From an uncultured Candidatus Binatia bacterium (lineage in GTDB: Bacteria; Desulfobacterota; Binatia; UBA9968; JAJDTQ01): a DNA stretch of 64,000 nucleotides. The notes below the pieces were generated by a model. That model was not told where the DNA came from. It made no database searches and saw only the letters and a list, made by a program, of their open reading frames with translations. The stretch's first letter is position 1. Every line of letters begins with the position of its first letter. The stretch spans positions 1,344,001-1,408,000 of the forward strand of contig OZ251459.1 in the NCBI GenBank assembly GCA_965242525.1. The letters are read 5' to 3'. Made by a program: the position numbers and the translations under genes. Shown one piece after another: positions 17,996-27,923 of this stretch.

Positions 17996-18832
17996 ATGCG
18001 ACGCGGGGACGCATTGGATCTGCTTCGAGCGCGGCGGCTCGGCTTCCCGGCCGCGCCGGGACCGGCCTTCCGGGGAGCCCTGCTGGGGGCGTGCCTGCTG
18101 CTGCCGTTCCAGGGCGTTGCCGCTTCCCCCGTCCGCATGGAGGTCCGGCAGGTGGTCATGGACCCCGCCAACCGCACGCCCGTGGTGGTCCTGGCGGGAG
18201 CGGGCCGGCTGCTGCCCATCTGGATCGGCGCCGCGGAGGCGGCGTCCATCGCCCTGGCCCTGGAGGGGAAACCGCTTCCGCGGCCCAATACGCACGACAT
18301 GGTGCGGAACCTGTTGCAGGGCCTGGACGCGGCCCTGGAACGAGTCACCATCACGGAACTGCGGGACGACACCTATTTCGCGGTCATCACCCTCAAGGCC
18401 GGGCAACGCCGCATCCCGGTGGATTCGCGTCCCAGCGACGCCATCGCGGTGGCGCTGCGGACCGGCGCGCCCATCTACGCCACCGCGGAAGTCCTGTCCG
18501 GGAGCATCCCGTTCGACGACGCCGAGCGCCCGCAGGGCTTCATCCGCAGGATGGGGATGCACATGCAGGACCTCACCGCGGAGTTGGGGAAGCTGTTCGC
18601 AACCGCGTTGCGGGAAGGCGTGCTGGTTTCCCACGTGGAGTCCGGCAGTCCCGCCTCGGACCTGGGGTTCCGACGCGGGGACGTGATCGTCGGAGTCGGC
18701 GGCAAGACCGTGCGCAACACCCGGGAACTGGAAGCGGTCCTCCTCTCCCCCGCACGGCATGACTTCCGCATACGAAGAGACGGCGAGCCCGTCACCATCG
18801 TGATGAGCCCGCCGTCCCAAGCCGAACCCTGA
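17996..18832 (+). CDS. Bifunctional nuclease (DUF151) domain fused to a C-terminal PDZ domain
   Basis: LPIWIGAAEA, PRPNTHD, DSRPSDAIAVALR; PDZ-like MGMHMQDLT...GVLVSHVESGSPA...GDVI; start uncertain. Confidence 0.82.
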   Translation: MRRGDALDLLRARRLGFPAAPGPAFRGALLGACLLLPFQGVAASPVRMEVRQVVMDPANRTPVVVLAGAGRLLPIWIGAAEAASIALALEGKPLPRPNTHDMVRNLLQGLDAALERVTITELRDDTYFAVITLKAGQRRIPVDSRPSDAIAVALRTGAPIYATAEVLSGSIPFDDAERPQGFIRRMGMHMQDLTAELGKLFATALREGVLVSHVESGSPASDLGFRRGDVIVGVGGKTVRNTRELEAVLLSPARHDFRIRRDGEPVTIVMSPPSQAEP

Positions 18833-18848
18833 TCTTTCGGGCCGCCGG

Positions 18849-20291
18849 CTACGAACCGGCGCCGTTGCTGCTGAACAGCACCTTGCCCCACTTCTTCTCG
18901 GTGGCGTCCAGCACTTCCCGGCTCGATTCCGCCACCGGCGGGAACTCGCTCATCCACTCGTACGGGCGGCACGCGTCGATGATGGCGCGGGAGTTGAAGC
19001 CCTTCTTGGTGGGGTGCACGATGGGGTCCAGGGGGCCGCTCCAGGCGCGCCGGATGATGTCGATGTCCGCGTCCGGGTCCGAGCGCGTGGCCATGGCCCA
19101 GATCACGTCGTCGGTGTGGGAAGGGTCGATGTCGTCGTCCACCACGATGACGTAGCGGCCCAGGTACGCGCCCGCGTGGCACTGGGAGGCCACCACCGCG
19201 GCCTGCCGCGCATGTCCCGGATAGCGCTGCTTGATGGAGACCACCATGACCAGGCGGCTGCCTCCGGCCACCATCAGCCACACGCCCTTCACGTCCGGCA
19301 CTCCGGCCTTCTCCATCTCGTCCCAGATCAGCGCGGAACGCAGGTAGGAACGGTACCAGCCGAGCTCGGCCGGGGGCCTTCCCGGCGGGGAGCCCAGGAT
19401 GATGGGGTCGTTCCGGTGGTACAGCCTCTTGATCTTCACGATGGGCTCGTTCCGCTCCGCGCTGGCGTAGTAGCCCGTCCACTCCCCGAACGGACCCTCC
19501 ACCCGGTCGGCTCCGAAGATCACGTCGCCCTCCACCACGATCTCCGCGTTGGCCGGGACCATCAACCCGGAGTACGGCGCCTTGACCACCTCCAGCGGCT
19601 CCCCGCGGATGCCGCCCAGGAAGTCGTACTCGGGCACCCCGTAGGGCACTTCGATGCTGCCGCCCAGGAAGACCAGCGGGTCATGGCCGAAGGACATGGC
19701 CATCTTGAACGACTCCCCGGTCTGCTGGTACTTGTCCCGGTGGATGCGTCCGTGCTTGCCCGGGGAGATGTAGAAACCCACCGTGTCGGAGTCGTGGATC
19801 ATGACCCGGTAGGTGCCCCAGTTGGTCCAGCCCTCGTCCCGGTCCGCGGTGATGTCGATGCTGCCGGTGCCGATGTAGCGCCCGCCGTCCCGTTCGTGCC
19901 ACCGCGGCGTGGGGAACTTGAGCAGATCGACCTTGCCCTCCTCGAAGACGTTCTCGAACAGCGGGCTGTCCTTCAGCACCTTCGCGGGGATGGGCCGGAT
20001 CTTCCTGTAATGTTCGCGCCACGTGTTGACGAAGTCCATCTTGCCGTCCCCCGGGGGCAGGTTCAGCGTCAAGCCGATCCTCTTGCGCGAGCTCAGGGAG
20101 TTGGACAGGACCCGGTAGCCCTTGGGGTAGTCCTTGATCTCGTCGAAGAGCACCGCGGGACCGTCCTCCTTGCGCATGACCATCTCGGTAATGGCGCCGA
20201 TCTCCAGGTCCCAGTCGCAACCCTTCAGGGTCTTGAGCTCTCCCATGGCCTCCGCCTTGTCCATCCACTCGCGGCAGTCGTTGAATTCCAT
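18849..20291 (-). CDS. UbiD-family decarboxylase
   Basis: HERDGGRYIGT, NWGTYR, EGPFGEWTGYY, VVDDDID, WAMATR; start ATG 20291. Confidence 0.92.
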   Translation of the reverse strand: MEFNDCREWMDKAEAMGELKTLKGCDWDLEIGAITEMVMRKEDGPAVLFDEIKDYPKGYRVLSNSLSSRKRIGLTLNLPPGDGKMDFVNTWREHYRKIRPIPAKVLKDSPLFENVFEEGKVDLLKFPTPRWHERDGGRYIGTGSIDITADRDEGWTNWGTYRVMIHDSDTVGFYISPGKHGRIHRDKYQQTGESFKMAMSFGHDPLVFLGGSIEVPYGVPEYDFLGGIRGEPLEVVKAPYSGLMVPANAEIVVEGDVIFGADRVEGPFGEWTGYYASAERNEPIVKIKRLYHRNDPIILGSPPGRPPAELGWYRSYLRSALIWDEMEKAGVPDVKGVWLMVAGGSRLVMVVSIKQRYPGHARQAAVVASQCHAGAYLGRYVIVVDDDIDPSHTDDVIWAMATRSDPDADIDIIRRAWSGPLDPIVHPTKKGFNSRAIIDACRPYEWMSEFPPVAESSREVLDATEKKWGKVLFSSNGAGS

Positions 20292-20433
20292 CGCTACCTC
20301 CACTCGGTGATCCGTCTCCGGCCGGCCCCCGTCCCCGCGGCCGGCTCTCCCGGCGTCCCGTGGACGTTCGTCCACGCGTCCGTCCGCGGACGCCCGGCGC
20401 CGCGAACCGCGGGGCGCCGGTCATTCTTTCCGG

Positions 20434-20877
20434 TTACGCCCTCTGGTACTTGCCCCTTGCCGTGCGCTTGATCTTGCCCTCCTTGGACCACCGCACCACC
20501 ACCTGCCTGAGGTACGCCCGGGGCTTCTCGCTGGCGATCTTGTGGGACTCCAGGTTGTCGATGGAGAACTCCGCGGGCAGGCTCCGCAAGATCGCGTTCC
20601 AATCGATCATGGAGCCCCGGCGCCCGGTTTTCCCTTTCGGTTTCTGGACCGCGGGCTGTTTCTGGACGGCGCGCGGACCCGGGGGCCTGCCGACCCTCCT
20701 GGGCTTCTCCGGCGCGGCCTGCCCGTCCGTCCCCGCGTTCCCGTCCAGCGTGCGGTAGAACTGTTCGCATTTCTCGATCTCGCCGCGCAAGGCGGCGACT
20801 CGACGGTTGACCGCAGCCAACTCCGCGTTCAATCCGTCGATGTGCTTCTTCACACTGGCCTTCAGATCCATAGCCAT
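20434..20877 (-). CDS. Hypothetical basic protein (coiled coil, K/R/P-rich linker, wHTH-like end)
   Basis: RBS GGAGG before ATG; RVGRPPGPR linker; C-terminal [15 protein letters not shown]. Confidence 0.65.
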   Translation of the reverse strand: MAMDLKASVKKHIDGLNAELAAVNRRVAALRGEIEKCEQFYRTLDGNAGTDGQAAPEKPRRVGRPPGPRAVQKQPAVQKPKGKTGRRGSMIDWNAILRSLPAEFSIDNLESHKIASEKPRAYLRQVVVRWSKEGKIKRTARGKYQRA

Positions 20878-21199
20878 AGAAACTTCCTCCCTGTTCCACT
20901 GTCAAAGTTCGGTCAGCATTATCACCATATGCGAAAAAAGACAATGCGCACGACAGACGTTTTTACGGCGACTTGGCGGACGGCGTCCCGCGAGGGGTGG
21001 AAGGGTCCGCGGCCCGGAGTCCGCGGGCTGCCCCGCACGGCTTCGCAAACGCCGAACCGTATGGTATCATCCGCGGTTTGGCGCTTGGCGCGCGGCGCCG
21101 TCGAGGGCATCCGCCGGCGCCGCGAAGAGGCCGCCGGAAGGGAAGCGCGTCCCGCAACGGGCGCCCGTCCATCGAAGGGATCGAAAGGATTCGAGAGAC

Positions 21200-21391
21200 A
21201 TGGCAAGGAAATGCTCCATCTGCGGCAAGGGACCCTCGGTCGGAAACAACGTCAGCCACGCCAACAACAAGACCCGGCGCCGCTGGCTTCCCAACCTCCA
21301 ACAGGTCCGGGCCAGGGTGAACGGCGCGGTGCAGCGCCTCCGGGTCTGTACCCGGTGCCTCCGGTCGGGCAAGGTCGAGAAGGTCGCCTGA
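21200..21391 (+). CDS. rpmB: 50S ribosomal protein L28
   Basis: [34 protein letters not shown]...VCTRCLRS. Confidence 0.97.
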   Translation: MARKCSICGKGPSVGNNVSHANNKTRRRWLPNLQQVRARVNGAVQRLRVCTRCLRSGKVEKVA

Positions 21392-21423
21392 ACCCCGACC
21401 GGGGCCCCTCGAGGCCAACCCGG

Positions 21424-23628
21424 CTAGCCCTGGACCCGGCTCGCCTTGAAGACTCCCTTCACCCGGGAGATGTCCTGTAGCACTTGCCGCAACTGGTCGG
21501 AGTTTCCGATCATGATCTCGAAGGCGCTGACGGCCTTGCCGTCGAACGTTCGTATGTGGGCGCGCGCGATGTTCACGCCGGCTTCGGAGATGGCCGAGCT
21601 GATGGCGGCCAGGAGGCCGGGCCGGTCCGCGCAGCTCACTTCGATCTTCACCGCCCGGGGCATCTGCGCGTCGTCCGACCAGCCTACGTCCACCCTCCTT
21701 TCGGGATCTCCTTCGAGCCCCGTCGGACAACTCGCCACGTGCACCGTCACCCCCCGCCCCCGGGTGATGATTCCGGCGATGCCCTCGCCGGGCAAGGGGT
21801 TGCAGCAGCGGGCGAACCGCACCAGCACGTCCTCGATGCCCTTGACGCGCACCCCCCGGTCGCGCGCCCTCACCAGCCGGAAGAGCCGCTCCAGCCCCCC
21901 TTCCATCTGCTTCGCGTCGCCGGCGATCTGCTCCGGGGGCAGGAGCTTGGCGAGCACCTGGCGCGGCATGACCTTGCCGTAGCCGACCCCGGCCAGCAGC
22001 CCCTCCTCGTCCTTGACACCGAGCTCGCGTCCCAGGGTCTCCAGGGTCCCTTGCGCCCGGAGCTCCCGGTAGTCCAGCCCGTGACGGCTGAAGTCCCCTT
22101 CCAGGATCTCGTGTCCCAGGGCCATGCTCCGTTCCCGTTGCTGCGAGGTGATCCACGCGTGGATGCGGGACCGGGCCCGGGGGGTCTTGACCACCTTCAA
22201 CCAGTCGCGGCTCGGGGTCTGCTCCTGGGTCGTGATGATCTCCACGGTGTCGCCGCTCCTGAGTATGTACTTCAGGGGGACGAGCCGGCCGTTCACCCGG
22301 GCGCCCGAGCAGTGCTGCCCGATGTCGGAATGGATGCGGTAGGCGAAGTCGATGATGGTCGCCCCCTTGGGGAAGCCGCGCAGCTCCCCGTTGGGCGTGA
22401 ACACATAGACTTCGTCCGGGAACAGGTCCTCCTTGATGCTGTGCAGGAACTCCTGGGGGTCCGAGAGGTTGCGCTGCCATTCCAGGAGTTGCCGGAGCCA
22501 TGCGAACCGCTGCATGTCCGTCACCTGCAGGTCCTTCCCCTTCTTGTACCGCCAGTGGGAAGCGATGCCCTCCTCGGCCACCCGGTGCATTTCGTGGGTG
22601 CGGATCTGGATCTCGATGCGCCGGGCGTTGGGGCCGATGACGGTGGTGTGCAGGGACTGGTACATGTTGGCCTTGGCCAACGCGATGTAGTCCTTGAACC
22701 GGCCCGGCACCGGCCGCCACTTGGCGTGGACCACGCCCATGGACTCGTAGCACTCGCGCACCGTGTCCACCACGATGCGGAACGCCACCAGGTCATGGAC
22801 CTCGCTGAAGTCCAGACTCTGGTTCTCCATCTTCCGGAATATGCTGTAGAAGTGCTTGGGCCTTCCGCTCACCTCCGCGTCGATGCCCTCTTCCGCCAGG
22901 GCCTTGCTCAGCCGCGAGATGACGTCGTTGGTGTATTTCTCCCGGTGCTTCCGCTTCTGGGCCACGTCCTGTTTCAACTGCGCGTAGATCTCCGGACGGA
23001 GGTGCTTGAGGGCCAGGTCCTCCAGCTCGCTCTTGATCCAGTAGATGCCCAGCCTGTGGGCGATGGGGGCGTAGATGTCCAGGGTCTCCTGGGCGATGCG
23101 GCGCTGCTTCTCGGACGCCAGGTACTGGAGCGTCCTCATGTTGTGGATGCGGTCGGCCAGCTTGATGAGGACCACGCGGATGTCCTTGGCCATGGCCATG
23201 ATCATCTTGCGGAAGTTCTCGGCCTGCTTCTCCTCGCGGCTGGTGAAGTTGACCCGGCTCAACTTGGTCACCCCGTCCACCAGGACCGCGATCTCCTCGC
23301 CGAAGGCGGACTCGATCTCCGGCAGGGTGGCGAGGGTGTCTTCCACCGTGTCGTGGAGCAGTCCGCAGATGATGCTGGGCAGGTCGAGCTTCAGGTCCGC
23401 CAACAGGCCGGCCACCGCCACAGGATGGGTCAGGTAGGGCTCTCCGGACATGCGCTTCTGGCCTTCGTGCACCTCCGACGAAAACTCGTACGCCCGGCGC
23501 AACTGCTCCATGTCCGCGGTGGGCTGGTATTGCAGCACCTTGTCCACCAGCCCTGCGATGGGGCTGTTGGCGCCCGCGCCCCTGGAGCGGCGCCGAGGCC
23601 TTACCCCGGCTTCGGAATGAACCTGCAA
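21424..23628 (-). CDS. rel: Bifunctional (p)ppGpp synthetase/hydrolase (long RSH)
   Basis: HDTVED hydrolase motif, KLADRIHNMRT, YQSLHT, EIQIRT, TGS domain (IDFAYRIHS), ACT domain; start uncertain. Confidence 0.95.
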   Translation of the reverse strand: MQVHSEAGVRPRRRSRGAGANSPIAGLVDKVLQYQPTADMEQLRRAYEFSSEVHEGQKRMSGEPYLTHPVAVAGLLADLKLDLPSIICGLLHDTVEDTLATLPEIESAFGEEIAVLVDGVTKLSRVNFTSREEKQAENFRKMIMAMAKDIRVVLIKLADRIHNMRTLQYLASEKQRRIAQETLDIYAPIAHRLGIYWIKSELEDLALKHLRPEIYAQLKQDVAQKRKHREKYTNDVISRLSKALAEEGIDAEVSGRPKHFYSIFRKMENQSLDFSEVHDLVAFRIVVDTVRECYESMGVVHAKWRPVPGRFKDYIALAKANMYQSLHTTVIGPNARRIEIQIRTHEMHRVAEEGIASHWRYKKGKDLQVTDMQRFAWLRQLLEWQRNLSDPQEFLHSIKEDLFPDEVYVFTPNGELRGFPKGATIIDFAYRIHSDIGQHCSGARVNGRLVPLKYILRSGDTVEIITTQEQTPSRDWLKVVKTPRARSRIHAWITSQQRERSMALGHEILEGDFSRHGLDYRELRAQGTLETLGRELGVKDEEGLLAGVGYGKVMPRQVLAKLLPPEQIAGDAKQMEGGLERLFRLVRARDRGVRVKGIEDVLVRFARCCNPLPGEGIAGIITRGRGVTVHVASCPTGLEGDPERRVDVGWSDDAQMPRAVKIEVSCADRPGLLAAISSAISEAGVNIARAHIRTFDGKAVSAFEIMIGNSDQLRQVLQDISRVKGVFKASRVQG

Positions 23629-24221
23629 ACCTTGAGCCTTTCCGCCGCGATGATGGCGGCGAGCCGCTCCACCGCGTCGTCCACGTGGTGGTTGACTATG
23701 GAATAATCATATCCCCGGATTTCCCCGATTTCACGCCGCGCGTTGCGCCAGCGCTGCTCGATGGTCTTGCGCGCGTCAGTGCCGCGGGCCGCCAGGCGGC
23801 GGCGCAGCTCGCCGAGGTTGGGCGGCAGCACGAATATGGCCACCGCGTTCGGGAAATGCTCCTTGATCTGGCGCGCCCCCTGCACGTCGATGTCCAGCAG
23901 CACGTCCCGGCGGCGGCGGACCTGCCCTTCCAGGAGCCGCCGCGGGGTGCCGTACAGGCTGCCGTGGACTTCCGCCCACTCGGCGAACTCTCCCGCATCG
24001 AGCATCCGGCGGAAGGCCTTCTCGGTGACGAAGCGGTAGTCCCTGCCGGGGACCTCTCCGTCCCGCGGCGGGCGCGTGGTGCAGGACACGGACAGGGTCA
24101 TTTCCGGGTAGATGCCCAGCACCTCGCGGGTCAACGTGGTCTTGCCCGCTCCGGACGGCGCCGAAACGATGAAGACGATGCCCTGGCGGGGTTTGGCGAA
24201 GCTGCGGATGGAGACCGTCAT
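23601..24221 (-). CDS. gmk: Guanylate kinase
   Basis: SAPSGAGKTT, TTRPPR, YGTP, DIDVQGA; start ATG 24221. Confidence 0.96.
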   Translation of the reverse strand: MTVSIRSFAKPRQGIVFIVSAPSGAGKTTLTREVLGIYPEMTLSVSCTTRPPRDGEVPGRDYRFVTEKAFRRMLDAGEFAEWAEVHGSLYGTPRRLLEGQVRRRRDVLLDIDVQGARQIKEHFPNAVAIFVLPPNLGELRRRLAARGTDARKTIEQRWRNARREIGEIRGYDYSIVNHHVDDAVERLAAIIAAERLKVCRFIPKPG

Positions 24222-25054
24222 TCGATGTTCTGCACCTGTTCCCGGACCTTCTCTACGCTTTCCTTGCCCCCGAGCACCAGCCGCACCACGTCCAACTGCG
24301 GCGCCTTGGCGCCGATGGTGGTGAGCTCCCGCTGGATCTCCTGCAGCAGGAAGTCGATCTTCTTGCCCACCGGTTGCCGCTCGCGCATCAGGCCCGAGAG
24401 CATCTCCACGTGGCTGCGCAACCGCACCGCCTCTTCGTTGATGCTGCCCTTGAAGGTCCCGCTGCCCGCCTCGCCCCCGGGATTGGCGGCAACTCCCTGC
24501 TCCTGCAGGCGCTTGTCGATGGCCGCGGCGCACCTCCCCAGGTCCCGGGCCGCGCGGCTCAACCGGCGCGCCTCGGCCGCCATGTCGCGCTTGAGGTTGC
24601 GCCCTTCCCGGTCCCGGGAGCGCGTCAGGCCCTTCAAGGCCGCGTCCAGGGCCCGCAGCACCAGCCGCTTCTCGCTGCCCTCCACGTGGTCCGGCTCCTT
24701 GAACTGGAACAGGTCGGGCAGGCGCGGCGCCAACTGGATGTCGATGTCTCCCTGGAGCCGGAACCGCTCCTTGATGCGCCGCAACTCCTTGCAGTATTGC
24801 TCCATGAGGGCGTCGTCCACCTCCAGCCGGTAGCCGCGCCCCTTCAACGGGGTCCGGTCGATATAGACGTCGGTGCGCCCCCGGTGGATCTGCGCCCGGG
24901 CCTGCTCGCGCAACTTGTCCTCAAGGCTCAGGTAGAGCTTCGGCACGCGCAGGTGGATGTCCGCGTGACGGTGGTTGACGCTGCGCACCTGCACGGAAAC
25001 CTTGACCTGCCTGTCCTGGAGGATCGCCTGGCCAAAGCCGGTCATGCTTCTCAT
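24218..25054 (-). CDS. yicC: YicC/YloC family endoribonuclease
   Basis: MRSMTGFG, RSVNHR, GKKIDFLLQEIQRE, REQVQNIE; start ATG 25054. Confidence 0.93.
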   Translation of the reverse strand: MRSMTGFGQAILQDRQVKVSVQVRSVNHRHADIHLRVPKLYLSLEDKLREQARAQIHRGRTDVYIDRTPLKGRGYRLEVDDALMEQYCKELRRIKERFRLQGDIDIQLAPRLPDLFQFKEPDHVEGSEKRLVLRALDAALKGLTRSRDREGRNLKRDMAAEARRLSRAARDLGRCAAAIDKRLQEQGVAANPGGEAGSGTFKGSINEEAVRLRSHVEMLSGLMRERQPVGKKIDFLLQEIQRELTTIGAKAPQLDVVRLVLGGKESVEKVREQVQNIE

Positions 25055-25093
25055 AAACCCATCGCTCCTTCCACCGGGCCCGACGTGCGTACG

Positions 25094-25162
25094 GGAACCC
25101 CTGAACGATTGCCCCCGTTCGTCCTGAGTGTAGCGAAGCGCAGTCGAAGGACGCGCTTTCCC
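25094..25162. mobile_element. MITE-A2 partial copy
   Basis: GGAACCCCTGAACGATT...CGTTCGTCCTGAGTGTAGCGAAGCGCAGTCGAAGGACGCGCTTTCC. Confidence 0.8.
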
Positions 25163-25172
25163 GTCTCGGGCG

Positions 25173-27857
25173 CTACGGCGCCTGCATGGCCTGGAGCGAC
25201 TGCTCGAGCTGGCGGAGGGCTTCGCCGAAGCCGGCCCAGTCCCCTGCCCGCAGGCGCTCCATGGAGCGCCGGTACTGTTCCAGCGCCCGGGTCGCGGGAC
25301 CGTCGCCGTCCTCCTGCGCTGCGGCCACCCGGACGGCCGGAGGCGCGGCCGGCCCTTCCAGGCCCTCGCCGAACAGGTCACGCAGGGCGTCCTCCAGGTT
25401 CTCCTTCATGGCGATGCGGTTGCCGAACACCGCCACCACCCGCTTGAGCTCGGGAAGCGACCCCTGCTCCGCGGCCAGGTAGAGCGACTGGACGTAGAGG
25501 AGCGAGTCCTGGATGGGGATGGCGAGCAGGCTGCCGCGGATCACCTGCGAGCCGCGCTGCCCCCACAGGCTCAACTGCTGCGAGATGTAGGCGTCCTGGT
25601 CGATTCGGGCATCCACCTGCTTGGGGCCGTAGATGAGCTTGGCCTTGGGGAAGTTGAGGGCCAGCAGCTTGCCGTAATGGGCGCCGTCGCTTCGGGCGGC
25701 CAACCAGGCCCGCATGTTGTCGCGGTTGTTGGGGGTGAAGGGCAGCAGCAGCACGAACTCTTCCCGGTCCTCTCCCGGCAGGCGCATGATGGTGTAGTAG
25801 GGCTCCATCTCCCGCTCCTGCTCGTCCACCGTCCGGATGGGAATGCTCAGGAGGTCCTCCTTGTTGTAGAAGACCTGCGGGTCCTGCATGTGGTAGGTGG
25901 CGTACATCCGGGCCTGCACCTTGAACAGGTCCTGGGGGTAGCGAACGTGGGAGCGCAGGGCGTCGGGCATGGCCGTCAACGGCTGGAACAGCCCGGGAAA
26001 CCCCTTGGCGTAGGCGTTCACCACCGGGTCGTCCGCATCGCTGACGTAGAAATCGACGGTGCCGTTGTAGGCGTCCACCACGGTCTTCACCGAGTTGCGG
26101 ATGTAGTTGCCGACCCCGTCCGTGGGCTCCGAGTAGGGGTACCGTTCCGACTTGGTGTAGCCGTCGATGATCCAGAAGAGCCGGCCCTCCGGGGTGACCA
26201 CCAGGTACGGGTCCTCGTCGAAGACCAGGAACGGCGCCAGTTTCTGGACCCGGTCCTGTATCCTGCGGTAGTAGAGGATCCGGCTCTCCGGGGTGATGTC
26301 GTTGGAGAGGGAGATCCGCAGGGTGGCGAAGCGGGCGGAGTACAGCAGCTTGCGCCAGAACGACCGGAGCGGCACGCCCCCCTCGCCCTGGTAGGTGGTG
26401 TAGATGTTCCGGTCGCCGGCCGGGTAGTCGAGTTCCTGCGCGAGGGTCTTGACGAACACGTAGTCGTTGTCCACCTCGCCGAAGTAGATCTCCGGCCGGG
26501 TGACGTCGATGAAGCCGTCGGACACCGGCGGGATGTCCTTGACGAAGAACTCCGGCAGGCCCTCCTTGCTGATCTGGTTCACGGGACTGAACACCACGCC
26601 GTAGCCGTGGGTGTAAACCAGGTGCTCGTTGATCCAGATGCGGCTGGGAAGCTGCTCGTGGGACAGCTCCCGGGCCGACAGCATCACCTGGCGGTAGGTC
26701 CCGTCGATCTCGTAACGGTCGTTGTCCACGTCCACGAACTCGTAATAGGTTCGTATCTGCTGCAACTGGGCGTAGGTGGACAGCAGCGGTTGGTAGTTCC
26801 ACAGGCGGATGTTCTTGACCGTCGCGTCGTTCTCCTGGAGGTCATCGACGGTGAGCACCTCGTTCACCGGGAACTCCTGGGCGTCCACCCGGTCGAGGCC
26901 GTAGGCGTGCCGCGTGGAGCGGATGTTGCGCTGGATGTAGGGGGTCTCGGCCACGAGCTCGTTGGGGACCACGTGGAACTGCTGCAGGAACGACGGATAG
27001 GCGTACATCCCGATGCCGTGGGCCCCGGCCAGCACCCCGAGCCCGATGAACAGGGTCTTCAGGCTGGGCCGCCGCATCTGGACCAGGCAGAGGACCGCGG
27101 CCAGCACCGCCAGCACCGCCAGCACCCGGAGCGCCGGCAGTCTCGCGTGTATGTCCGTATAACCGGCGCCGAACACCACGCCGCTGTGGGAGTAGAGCAG
27201 CTTGTAGGCGTCCAGCAGGTAGCCGCCGCCCTGCACCGCCAGCAGCAGGGCGAGCAGGACCGACAGGTGGACCTTGGCCGCGCGTTCGACGGACAGCCCC
27301 TCCTCCGAGTACCGGACCCCGCCGTACAGGAGATAGACGAAGGCGGTGGCCGCCAGCACCAGCCCCAGGGCCACCAGGAACCAGCGGTAGAGGGCCTCCA
27401 GGGCCGGCAGGCGGAAGATGTAGAACCCGACGTCCTCTCCCATCAGCGGGTCCTGGATGCCGAAGGGTACCCCGTTGAAGAACAGCAGCACGGACTGCCA
27501 GTGCGAGGCCGCCTGGGGCGCGGCCAGGAACCCCAGGACCAGGGCCACCGGCAGCAACAACCGCCGGATCAACGGGTCCAGTTCCTCGGGACCCGGCACC
27601 TCCGGGTTCTGGCTCCGGAGCGGGACCACGCCGTCCCGCAGCCGGGCCGCGAGCTTGATGTTGACGTAGAAGAGCCCGAAGAACAGCAGCCCCGAGACCA
27701 ACCCCAGCAGCACCTTGATCCAGAGGGTCTTGGTGAAGACCCCGGAATAGCCGATCTCGCGGAACCAGAGGTAGTCGGTGTAGAGGTAGATGGCCTCGCC
27801 GAAGAGCGAGAACAGGAGAAACGCGCCGAGCGCGATCAGACCGATGGATTTTCGCAT
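25173..27857 (-). CDS. UPF0182 family membrane protein
   Basis: TDYLWF, NIRLW, YTHGYG, RPEIYFGE, NYIRNSVK, YPQDLF; start ATG 27857. Confidence 0.93.
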   Translation of the reverse strand: MRKSIGLIALGAFLLFSLFGEAIYLYTDYLWFREIGYSGVFTKTLWIKVLLGLVSGLLFFGLFYVNIKLAARLRDGVVPLRSQNPEVPGPEELDPLIRRLLLPVALVLGFLAAPQAASHWQSVLLFFNGVPFGIQDPLMGEDVGFYIFRLPALEALYRWFLVALGLVLAATAFVYLLYGGVRYSEEGLSVERAAKVHLSVLLALLLAVQGGGYLLDAYKLLYSHSGVVFGAGYTDIHARLPALRVLAVLAVLAAVLCLVQMRRPSLKTLFIGLGVLAGAHGIGMYAYPSFLQQFHVVPNELVAETPYIQRNIRSTRHAYGLDRVDAQEFPVNEVLTVDDLQENDATVKNIRLWNYQPLLSTYAQLQQIRTYYEFVDVDNDRYEIDGTYRQVMLSARELSHEQLPSRIWINEHLVYTHGYGVVFSPVNQISKEGLPEFFVKDIPPVSDGFIDVTRPEIYFGEVDNDYVFVKTLAQELDYPAGDRNIYTTYQGEGGVPLRSFWRKLLYSARFATLRISLSNDITPESRILYYRRIQDRVQKLAPFLVFDEDPYLVVTPEGRLFWIIDGYTKSERYPYSEPTDGVGNYIRNSVKTVVDAYNGTVDFYVSDADDPVVNAYAKGFPGLFQPLTAMPDALRSHVRYPQDLFKVQARMYATYHMQDPQVFYNKEDLLSIPIRTVDEQEREMEPYYTIMRLPGEDREEFVLLLPFTPNNRDNMRAWLAARSDGAHYGKLLALNFPKAKLIYGPKQVDARIDQDAYISQQLSLWGQRGSQVIRGSLLAIPIQDSLLYVQSLYLAAEQGSLPELKRVVAVFGNRIAMKENLEDALRDLFGEGLEGPAAPPAVRVAAAQEDGDGPATRALEQYRRSMERLRAGDWAGFGEALRQLEQSLQAMQAP

Positions 27858-27923
27858 TGGGTCCTCTTGTCTCCCGGAGAGCCGCGGTTTCACCCGCGGC
27901 CCGCCGGGTTTCGATGCAGGCCG

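Noticed and set aside
21424-24221. No rpoZ between gmk and rel
   Set aside because: Gene order varies among lineages; absence from this window says nothing about the genome.
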